Below, one piece after another: positions 1-9,013 of a DNA stretch of 13,064 nucleotides. The position numbers were made by a program, and so were the translations under genes. Positions within the stretch are counted from its first letter, which is position 1, and every line of letters starts with the position of its first letter. A model generated the notes under the pieces. It saw only the letters and a list, made by a program, of their open reading frames with translations, did not search any database and was not told the origin of the DNA. The stretch is taken from NCBI GenBank assembly GCA_040081625.1, contig JBEBGD010000134.1, positions 1-13,064 of the forward strand, read 5' to 3'. Origin of the DNA: Chthoniobacteraceae bacterium. Lineage in GTDB: Bacteria; Verrucomicrobiota; Verrucomicrobiia; Chthoniobacterales; Chthoniobacteraceae.

Positions 1-1692
1 GGTGAACTCGAGCCGCTCGATGGAGGTATCGACGAAGCGGCTGGTGCTGCCGCCTTCGAGTGGTTGCTCGCAGAGCAGCGGCCAGCTCTCGAGCGCGCGG
101 CGCACGATGAGGCCGGTCTCGCTTTGCAAAAGCACGGGGCAGCGCCAGTCGATGATCTGCTCGAAGATGGCGCGCGGCAGCTCGAAGCCGGCGGCGCGCA
201 GGTCGGCGAGCACTTCGTCGAAGTCGGCGATGAGACCGCCGGGCAGGAAGTAGCGGTCGTGCAGCGCGTCGCCGTGCTCGATGAGCGGGGCGAGGAAGGG
301 CGTGGCGAGCAGCCGCGCGGCGATGGCGCGCCAGAGCAGCGCGATGGCGGACATCCACTCGGCGCGCGGGAAGGATTCGACGGCGCGGAACTCGATGAGG
401 CCGCGGCAGCCGCCGTCGAAGGCGACGTTCCAGAACTTGTCGAAGCTCGTCTCGCTGCGGTGCGTGTTGCCGCCGGCGTCGGTGTGGAGATGGCGCAGCG
501 TCTCGCTGATGAGGTAGCGATGGTCGCCGGGCGGCAGTTCCTCGAGGAAGCGATACGCCATTTCCAGGTCGTAGTAGTCGGTGGGGCCTTCGTCGGGGCG
601 CGGGGCTTGCGAGGAGGCGCCGACATATTGGCCGGTGAAGAGGTAGCTGAGCGCGGGGTGATGCTGCCAGTAGCGCAGGATGGAGGTGACCCAGCGCGGT
701 CGGGTGAAGAGCGGGTTGGTATCGAGCGTGGGTCCGCCGAAGAGGAGGTGGTTGCCGCCGCCGGTGCCGAGCTGTCCGCCGTCGGCGGTTTGTTTCCACG
801 AGCGCAGGCCGCACGCGGCGGTGGCGCGTTCGAGGGTGGCGAGCCAGTCGCGGTATTCCATCCACGTGGTGCAAGGCGGGAGGTTGATCTCGAGCACGCC
901 GGGATCGGCGGCGATGGCGAGCTTGCTCCAGCGGTCGGCGTCGTCGCCGGGCAGGTAGCCTGCGAAGCGGACCTTGTAGCCACGGCGCTCTGCGCCGTGC
1001 GGCGCGTCGCAGAGCGACGCGGCTACAGCGCATGCATTTAATAATGCAAGGAAGCCCGGCTGCATGAGCGGCGGGAGGAAGAGGTGCAGCTCGTCGTCGC
1101 GCAACTCGACGGTGAGCGCGCGGCGGCGGGCGTCGGCGGGCAGCTCATTCATCGGCAGGCGCAGGCCGGCGGGGCCGTCGGTGCGCAGGAGCGTGAGGTC
1201 GGGGCCGAGCGCCCAGTCTTCGCTGATGAAGGCGCCGTCTTCGTGGTCGAGCGGGAGGACCCAGACGGCGCGGTCTTCGTCGAAGGGATCGACGGCGCGC
1301 AGCCAGCCGGACTCGAGGCCGAGGAGCGGGAGCAGCGCCTCGCGGAAGTCGGACGGGTCGGACTCGGCGGACGAGTCGGATGCGGCAAAGAGCGGCGTGC
1401 CGTCGCGATTCCAGACGAGCGTGATGGCCCAGCGCGGGTTGAGTTCGCCGGGGTAGGATTTGCCGGGGCAGTAGAAATCGACGGCGTGCGGCAGCGCCTG
1501 CTGCTGGAGCGCGGCGGCGAGCGCGTAGGCGTGGGCGAGCTTGGTCGGGCCGAGCGCGGTCACGCTCCACTCGGCGCCCTCGGGATTCTCCGGCACGTAG
1601 GTCGGCTCGCCGCCGAGCGTGAGCACGACTTCGTGCGCGGCGAAGGTGGCTTCGATGCGTTCGGCAACGGTGGAGAGCGGGTCAGTGGACAT
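1..1692 (-). CDS. DUF2126-type putative amidoligase (transglutaminase-associated protein); 3' end lies outside the window
   Basis: Not in the ORF track because it has no stop in the window. Manual translation from the ATG at 1692 gives MSTDPLSTVAERIEATFAAHEVVLTLGGEPTYVP..EW..ALGPTK, GKSYPGELNPRWA, LHLFLPP, ADPGVLEINLPP, GTGGGNHLLFGG, YWQHHPALSYLFTGQYVGASSQAPRPDE, GNTHRSETSFDK, IEFRAVE and SRFVDTSIERLE, all in one frame. I recognise these blocks as DUF2126 motifs. Confidence 0.88.
   Translation of the reverse strand, partial: MSTDPLSTVAERIEATFAAHEVVLTLGGEPTYVPENPEGAEWSVTALGPTKLAHAYALAAALQQQALPHAVDFYCPGKSYPGELNPRWAITLVWNRDGTPLFAASDSSAESDPSDFREALLPLLGLESGWLRAVDPFDEDRAVWVLPLDHEDGAFISEDWALGPDLTLLRTDGPAGLRLPMNELPADARRRALTVELRDDELHLFLPPLMQPGFLALLNACAVAASLCDAPHGAERRGYKVRFAGYLPGDDADRWSKLAIAADPGVLEINLPPCTTWMEYRDWLATLERATAACGLRSWKQTADGGQLGTGGGNHLLFGGPTLDTNPLFTRPRWVTSILRYWQHHPALSYLFTGQYVGASSQAPRPDEGPTDYYDLEMAYRFLEELPPGDHRYLISETLRHLHTDAGGNTHRSETSFDKFWNVAFDGGCRGLIEFRAVESFPRAEWMSAIALLWRAIAARLLATPFLAPLIEHGDALHDRYFLPGGLIADFDEVLADLRAAGFELPRAIFEQIIDWRCPVLLQSETGLIVRRALESWPLLCEQPLEGGSTSRFVDTSIERLEFT
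975..1027. repeat. GTAG-type REP doublet (two inverted hairpin units) inside the DUF2126 CDS
   Basis: Plus-strand unit: TGTAGC-CACGGCGC-TCT-GCGCCGTG (975-999). Then CGG. Minus-strand unit: TGTAGC-CGCGTCGC-TCT-GCGACGCG (1027-1003). Each unit is GTAG followed by a perfect 8-bp stem with a TCT loop. Confidence 0.8.
1348..1383. repeat. 4 x 9-bp degenerate tandem repeat, in frame in the DUF2126 CDS
   Basis: GTCGGACGG / GTCGGACTC / GGCGGACGA / GTCGGATGC; encodes ASD-SSA-ESD-PSD on the minus strand. Confidence 0.65.
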
Positions 1693-2524
1693 CGATGATT
1701 TCTAGCGTGGCGGACATCTCGTGCGGGACGGGTGTCGCGTGGAAATAGCTCCCGACCACCGGGGCGACATCTTCGGTGCCGAGGCCGACGGCGGCGGTGA
1801 GGTGATGATGATCGCAGAGCGTGCCATTGGTCGGATCAAGACCGACCCAGCCCGCGCCCGGCAGATAGACTTCGACCCACGCGTGGAGCGCGCCCTCGGC
1901 GCGTTTGTCGGTGCTGCCGAATTCGCAGAGGTAGCCGCTCGCGTATCGCGCCGCGAGGCCGAGCCCGCGCAGCGTCTCGACCAAAAGCACGGCGAAATCG
2001 CGGCACGCGCCGCGCCCAAGCTGGAGCGTCTCCGCGCTGCCGCGAGCCGCGCCTTCATCGCGCCGCTCGTAGCCGAGATTTTTGTGCAGCGCTTCGTTCA
2101 AGGCGACGAGCGTGGGCACGGTCGGCTGCGGGGTGACGGGCGCGCGCCAGAACTCAAGCCGCAGCGCGGGCGCGCTGCTGAGATACGGCGCGAGCACGCA
2201 CTGCTCCTGCGCGTCGTAGGCGAAGGGAAGCTGCAGCGCGCGCGTAGCGAGCAGGAAGCCGAACGCGTTCTTCGGCTCGACCTCGAGCTTGAGCCGCAGC
2301 TTCACGTCGAGATCGCGCGCGGCGCGCGGGTAGAAGACCGAGGCGACTTCGTTTTCGAAAAGATCGCGCCGCCAGTTCACGACCGCGCCGGTGTTCGTGC
2401 GGAAATCGAACCGGCGCAGCTTCACCCCGCTATCGACTTTCGGAATGAGCCGGAAGAGATGCGGCGAGAACGTAACGCGTTCCTCGTAGGCGTAGCGCGC
2501 GGCGTAGCGAATCTCGACTTTCAT
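1682..2524 (-). CDS. Transglutaminase-like family protein (N-terminal bacterial transglutaminase domain plus catalytic core), ~280 aa
   Basis: Likely start MKVEIRYAARYAY at 2524, an ATGA overlap with the upstream stop. Catalytic motifs GACRD (Cys), LHAW (His) and GWVGLDPT (Asp). The extension to 2884 in the ORF track is an overlap artefact. Confidence 0.9.
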   Translation of the reverse strand: MKVEIRYAARYAYEERVTFSPHLFRLIPKVDSGVKLRRFDFRTNTGAVVNWRRDLFENEVASVFYPRAARDLDVKLRLKLEVEPKNAFGFLLATRALQLPFAYDAQEQCVLAPYLSSAPALRLEFWRAPVTPQPTVPTLVALNEALHKNLGYERRDEGAARGSAETLQLGRGACRDFAVLLVETLRGLGLAARYASGYLCEFGSTDKRAEGALHAWVEVYLPGAGWVGLDPTNGTLCDHHHLTAAVGLGTEDVAPVVGSYFHATPVPHEMSATLEIIDVH

Positions 2525-3396
2525 GGTTTCACCTTTCCGTTGCGCCGCTTCATCGACACGCGCACGCGCATGGCCTGGCCGACATTTCCCTTGAACGTGC
2601 CGCGCAATGGCGTGGCATCGCGAAAGTCGCGCCCGAAGCTCACGGCGACGTAGCGCTCGTCGATCCACTTGCGGTTGGTCGGGTCGATCGCGACCCACGT
2701 CATGCCGGGCACGAGCACTTCGATCCATGCATGCGTGGCGACGTCGCCGACGAGCCGGCGCGAGCCTTCCGGCGGAGCCGTCTCGATGTAGCCGCAGACG
2801 TATCGCGCCGGCACGCCCGCCGTGCGCAGGATGCTCAGCCCGACGTGCGCGAAATCCTGGCAGACGCCGCGGCGCTGTTTCCACACGGTCGCGAGCGGCG
2901 TGGAGTTTTCCGTCGAGCCGCTCTCATACGTGAACTCGCGGTGGATCGCTTCATTCAACTCCTGGAGCGCCGTGCCGAGCGGCCGGTCACCGCGCAGATA
3001 TTTGCGCGCCCACGCCACGGCTTCGCGCCCGGTTTCCACCACACGCGTGGGCTGGAGATAGTCGAAGATGTCGGTGAGCGCCGAGGAGAGAATCTGCCGC
3101 GACTCCTGGATGCTCAGATCGAGCGCCTCCGCGGGCAGCGGCAGCGGGTGCGTGCGCACGATCATCTGGTTGCTGATCGCGAGATGCCGGTGCCGGAACG
3201 GGACGGAGAAGAAGTCCACGCGGTTGCCGAAGTGATCGTCGTAGGACGAGACGGCGACTTCCGGATCGATGACGAGCTTGTGGCTGAGGACGGTCTGCGA
3301 GGGCCGGTCGCGCGGGGTCAGGCGCGCTTCGCCGTAGGCCTCCGCCGCCGGCTGCGCGTATCGGTATGCGGTGATGTGGTTGACTTCGAATTCCAT
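2521..3396 (-). CDS. Transglutaminase-like family protein, 291 aa
   Basis: N-terminal H-x-T-x-Y-x-Y and DHFGN motifs; GVCQDFAH, ARYVCGY, THAWIE, IDPTN and GRDFRD motifs with an intact Cys-His-Asp triad. Confidence 0.93.
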   Translation of the reverse strand: MEFEVNHITAYRYAQPAAEAYGEARLTPRDRPSQTVLSHKLVIDPEVAVSSYDDHFGNRVDFFSVPFRHRHLAISNQMIVRTHPLPLPAEALDLSIQESRQILSSALTDIFDYLQPTRVVETGREAVAWARKYLRGDRPLGTALQELNEAIHREFTYESGSTENSTPLATVWKQRRGVCQDFAHVGLSILRTAGVPARYVCGYIETAPPEGSRRLVGDVATHAWIEVLVPGMTWVAIDPTNRKWIDERYVAVSFGRDFRDATPLRGTFKGNVGQAMRVRVSMKRRNGKVKP

Positions 3397-3471
3397 CGCG
3401 CTTCGTGCGGACCAAAAACGGACGCGCGCCTATGCCGCAGTTCCCGTCCCGCACCAAGCGGGAAATCGCCG

Positions 3472-3560
3472 CTACTCGCCGACGATCGCGACCAGCACAC
3501 GCTTTCGGCGGCGCCCGTCGAGTCCGCCCCCACGGCCGAGCGCGCGACGACGACCCGATA
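3472..3560 (-). pseudogene. yjbQ: Degenerate 3' remnant of a YjbQ/UPF0047 (secondary thiamine-phosphate synthase) family gene
   Basis: 3522->3472 reads [16 protein letters not shown], matching the YjbQ C-terminus as I recall it (..[17 protein letters not shown]). Upstream, VVVA (3554-3543) and a PW fragment lie in other frames. No start codon or N-terminal part is present. Confidence 0.65.
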
Positions 3561-3618
3561 CATCCCAAACTCATCGCGAGATCGGCGAAGCCGACTTTCA
3601 CGGGCGCAGATTGCAGCT

Positions 3619-5727
<2,109 letters not shown>

Positions 5728-5745
5728 AGTGGAAATGTGACGCGA

Positions 5746-5773
5746 AGGCTAGGGCCACGCGGGGACGCGTCAA
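5746..5773 (-). promoter_or_regulatory. Putative sigma70-type promoter for the riboswitch-thiC transcript
   Basis: TTGACG (5773-5768), 16-nt spacer, TAGCCT (5751-5746); would start transcription about 12 nt upstream of the aptamer. Confidence 0.6.
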
Positions 5774-5793
5774 GGTTCGCCTTCCCGCGCATG

Positions 5794-5878
5794 ATTTTCT
5801 TTTTCCTGATCGAGTTCTTTTTCTTTTTCCCTGCGCGAAAGCGATCAAGAACAGGAGAACGAAAACGAAATAGAGGCC
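5794..5878. repeat. 6-bp-phased imperfect inverted repeat: (NNNNTC)x6 - loop - (GANNNN)x6
   Basis: ATTTTC TTTTTC CTGATC GAGTTC TTTTTC TTTTTC | CCTGCGCGAAAGC | GATCAA GAACAG GAGAAC GAAAAC GAAATA GAGGCC; an AT-rich island in high-GC DNA. Confidence 0.65.
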
Positions 5879-5885
5879 ACGACCG

Positions 5886-6665
5886 ATGCTCCCTACCGCT
5901 GCAGACCTCGCCCCCGGAGACTCCAAGTCCGCCGAACTCGACCTGGCGGCGTTCGACGTGCACCGCATCCGGTCGATCGATGATCCGCGATTCGAGGCGG
6001 CTTACGCGCCGCTGTGGGCGGAGTTCGGCGCGAAGCACGAGATGGAGCGGCGCGAGACGCTCGCCGCGCGCTTCCGCCTCGCGCCAGCGATGACCTTTGA
6101 GATGGTGCTCGTCGAGCAGGGCGGCGAATTCGCGGCGGTGCGCGATCACACCGCGATCCCCGCCGAGCGCGAGACGGTGGTGCACCTCTCGCACAATCTC
6201 GTCGCGCCCGCGTTTCGCCGCAGCGGGCTCGCCGGGTGGATGCGCGCCTTCCCCGTCGCGCTCGCCCGCGAGTTGCGGCCCGGCGCGCCGGTCACGCTCG
6301 CGGCGGAGATGGAATACGACGACGGCACCGACCCGGATCGCGCGATCCGGCTGCGCGCCTATGAAAATGCGGGCTTCCGCAAGGTCGATCCGGCGCGCGT
6401 GCATTATCACCAGCCCGACTTCCGCACCCCGTCGGCGATCGACGCGAGCAGTCCGCAGCCGGTGCCTTTCCAACTGCTCCTTCGCCGCGTCGGTCGCGAG
6501 GATGAAGCCATCGTCTCCGGCGCGGAAGTCCGCGCGGTCGTGCGCGCGCTCTACGCGATGTATGGCGCGCAATTCCGACCGCAGGACATGACCCACCCCG
6601 CGCTCGACCTCGCGCCCTATCCCGCGCCCGACTCGGCGCTCGCTCTCCTCCCGCCGACCGCATGA
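5886..6665 (+). CDS. Uncharacterised GNAT-fold (acyl-CoA N-acyltransferase-like) protein, 259 aa
   Basis: Motif A-like HLSHNLVAPAFRRSGLA (V-x-P-x-x-R-R-x-G-L-A), a strand ending in AEME, motif B-like RLRAYENAGF, then YHQP. Codon usage is normal. ATGA overlap with the next gene. Confidence 0.72.
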   Translation: MLPTAADLAPGDSKSAELDLAAFDVHRIRSIDDPRFEAAYAPLWAEFGAKHEMERRETLAARFRLAPAMTFEMVLVEQGGEFAAVRDHTAIPAERETVVHLSHNLVAPAFRRSGLAGWMRAFPVALARELRPGAPVTLAAEMEYDDGTDPDRAIRLRAYENAGFRKVDPARVHYHQPDFRTPSAIDASSPQPVPFQLLLRRVGREDEAIVSGAEVRAVVRALYAMYGAQFRPQDMTHPALDLAPYPAPDSALALLPPTA

Positions 6666-7588
6666 AGCCACTCGCCGTCTTCTACCATCGCGACTACGCC
6701 GCGCCGATCGGCGAGCACATCATGCCGATCCACAAGTTCGCGCTCGTCGCGGAGGGATTGCGCGAGTGGCCCGGGCTCGCGCTCGTCGAGCCGGGCGCCG
6801 CGGGCGAAGAAGACCTGCTCCGCGTCCACACGCGCGAATACGTCCACGCCATCCGCACTGGCGAGCCGCGCACGCTCGCGGAATCGCAGAAGTTTCCATG
6901 GACTCCGCAGCTCTTCCCCAGCGTGTGCCTCACGAACGGCGGCTGCCTCGCCGCGGCCCGACGCGCGCTCCGCGACGGCGTGAGCGCGGCGCTCGTGAGC
7001 GGCTTCCACCACGCCTGCGCCGATCACGGCGAAGGCTTCTGCACCTTCAATGGACTCATCATCGCCGCCGATGCCCTGCTCGCCGCCGGCGAGGCGAGGC
7101 GCATCGCGGTGCTCGACATGGACCTGCACTACGGCAACGGCACCGCGCAGCTCGCCGCATTGCGCCCGCACGTCTTCGCGCTCTCGATCTACGGCGCCGA
7201 CTACCGCGACAACGTGAGCTTCGCCGACGTGAACGAGCGCCATCACGAAGACGGGCCAAACCACCGCTCCCTCGCGCTTCCCGCCGGATGCGACCGCGCG
7301 ACGCTGCTGCGCACGCTGGAGGAAGCGCTCCCGCTGCTCGCGGACTTCCGTCCCGAGGTGCTGCTCTACCAGGCCGGCGCCGACCCTTATCGCGAAGATC
7401 CCTACTCGCCGCTCGCGCTCGATCACGACGACCTCCTCGCGCGCGACCGGCGCGTCTTCGAGTGGGCGCGCGATCAGCGCATCCCCATCGCATGGGTGCT
7501 CGCCGGCGGCTACACGGCGGACGTGAGCAAGGTCGTGCGCGTGCATGTGAATACCTTCCACGCGTGGCGGGCGGTGTTTGGCGGGTAG
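6662..7588 (+). CDS. Zn-dependent histone deacetylase family protein (HDAC11/class IV-like amidohydrolase)
   Basis: RVHTREY, SGFHHA (His-His dyad), GFC, DMDLHYGNGT (Zn ligands), YQAGADPYREDP and LAGGY (catalytic Tyr). Confidence 0.93.
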   Translation: MKPLAVFYHRDYAAPIGEHIMPIHKFALVAEGLREWPGLALVEPGAAGEEDLLRVHTREYVHAIRTGEPRTLAESQKFPWTPQLFPSVCLTNGGCLAAARRALRDGVSAALVSGFHHACADHGEGFCTFNGLIIAADALLAAGEARRIAVLDMDLHYGNGTAQLAALRPHVFALSIYGADYRDNVSFADVNERHHEDGPNHRSLALPAGCDRATLLRTLEEALPLLADFRPEVLLYQAGADPYREDPYSPLALDHDDLLARDRRVFEWARDQRIPIAWVLAGGYTADVSKVVRVHVNTFHAWRAVFGG

Positions 7589-7679
7589 CGAAAAAAGCCC
7601 CGCGCGGCGGCAAGTTCCCCATCGACAACGCGCGCCCGGTGGAAGTAATTCGCAATCAACTCTCAGATCAACACCCTCC

Positions 7680-8969
7680 ATGGCCCGTTACGAATACATC
7701 GCACTCGACGCTCGCGGACAGGAATCGCGCGGCGTGATCGAAGCCTCCAACCAGAACGACGCCGTCGGGCAATTACGCCAGTCGGGCTACTTTCCGACCA
7801 ACGTCGTCGAGGAAGGCAAAGGCACCCAGCCCAAGGCGAGCAAGCAGCAGAAAAAGGCGATCGCCGCGGCTGCGGCACCCAAGGCGAAGGGAGGCATCAG
7901 CCTTTTCGCGCGCAAGACCGTGAGCTCGAAAGTGCTCATGATTTTCACCCGCCAGCTCGCGACGCTGATCGATGCCGGCCTGCCGCTCCTGCGCGGGCTC
8001 AATGTGCTCGCAAAGCAGGAAAAGGATCTCGTGCTCAAGAACGCGATCAACTCGCTCGCCGACTCGGTGCAGGGAGGCAGCACCTTCAGCGAGTCGATGG
8101 CGCAGCACCCGAAGATTTTTACGAAGCTTTACATCAACATGGTCAAGGCGGGTGAGCTCGGCGGCGTGCTCGAACTGGTCTTAAACCGGCTCGCGGAATT
8201 CCAGGAGAAGGCGCAGAAGATCAAAAACAAGGTCGTCTCCGCGATGGCCTACCCGGTCATCGTGCTCATCATCGCGATGCTGATCATGGTCTTCCTGCTC
8301 ACGTTCATCGTGCCGAAGTTCGAGGCGATCTTCAAGGACATGCTCGGCGGCAAGTCGCTGCCGCCGCTCACCGAGGCCGTCATCGGCGCGTCAAACCTGC
8401 TCAAGAACAACATCCTCTGGGTGGTCGGCGGGGTCGTGTTGATCTTTGTCGGCTACAGCGTGATCGCGCGCACCGTGGCCGGGCGCCGGATGCTCGACCA
8501 GCTCATGCTCAAGCTGCCCGTCTTCGGCGATCTCACCCGCAAGAGCTCGATCTCCCGTTTCAGCCGCACGCTCGGCACGCTCGTGACCAGCGGCGTGCCG
8601 ATCCTCCAGGCGCTCAACATCACCCGCGACACCGCGGGAAACATGATCGTCGCTGAGGCGGTCAACAAAGTTCACGACGCGGTGAAGGAAGGCGAGTCCA
8701 TCGTCGCGCCGCTCGAGGCCAGCGGCGTATTTCCACCGATGGTCATCTCGATGGTCGATGTCGGCGAGGAGACCGGCCAGCTCCCCGAGATGCTGCTGAA
8801 AATCGCCGAGGTCTATGACGACGAAGTCGATAACGCCGTCGAGGCGCTGACTTCGATGCTCGAGCCGATCATGATCGTGTTCCTCGCGTTGATCGTCGGC
8901 ACGATCGTCATCGCGCTGTTCCTGCCGCTCATCTCGATCATCCAGAACCTCTCGACGAGCGGCGGCTAG
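7680..8969 (+). CDS. pilC: Type IV pilus / T2SS inner-membrane platform protein (PilC/GspF family), ~429 aa
   Basis: Likely start MARYEYIALDARG at 7680. Two T2SSF repeats: FTRQLATLIDAGLPL..AGELGGVL..AMAYP and FSRTLGTLVTSGVPIL..VGEETGQL..LEP. Three transmembrane segments. Confidence 0.95.
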   Translation: MARYEYIALDARGQESRGVIEASNQNDAVGQLRQSGYFPTNVVEEGKGTQPKASKQQKKAIAAAAAPKAKGGISLFARKTVSSKVLMIFTRQLATLIDAGLPLLRGLNVLAKQEKDLVLKNAINSLADSVQGGSTFSESMAQHPKIFTKLYINMVKAGELGGVLELVLNRLAEFQEKAQKIKNKVVSAMAYPVIVLIIAMLIMVFLLTFIVPKFEAIFKDMLGGKSLPPLTEAVIGASNLLKNNILWVVGGVVLIFVGYSVIARTVAGRRMLDQLMLKLPVFGDLTRKSSISRFSRTLGTLVTSGVPILQALNITRDTAGNMIVAEAVNKVHDAVKEGESIVAPLEASGVFPPMVISMVDVGEETGQLPEMLLKIAEVYDDEVDNAVEALTSMLEPIMIVFLALIVGTIVIALFLPLISIIQNLSTSGG

Positions 8970-9013
8970 GATTCCCGGTGGCGCGCCGCACACGGATGCA
9001 CTACTCATTTTTC

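Noticed and set aside
1020..1060. Apparent gene boundary or frameshift at the AT-rich patch
   Set aside because: The TAA TAA stops are on the plus strand only. The minus frame reads TTA TTA (Leu-Leu) and conserved motifs stay in frame on both sides.
64..1698. Long plus-strand ORFs 64-1041 and 1084-1698
   Set aside because: They are antisense shadows of the minus-strand DUF2126 gene, in the mirrored frame, with no recognisable motifs.
2525..2884. 120-aa N-terminal extension of the second transglutaminase ORF
   Set aside because: It overlaps the upstream transglutaminase out of frame. The ATGA-coupled start at 2524 matches the family N-terminus.
7578..7679. Upstream extension of pilC, and a possible promoter TCGACA..TAATT
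   Set aside because: The family N-terminus begins at 7680. The promoter match is too weak to call.
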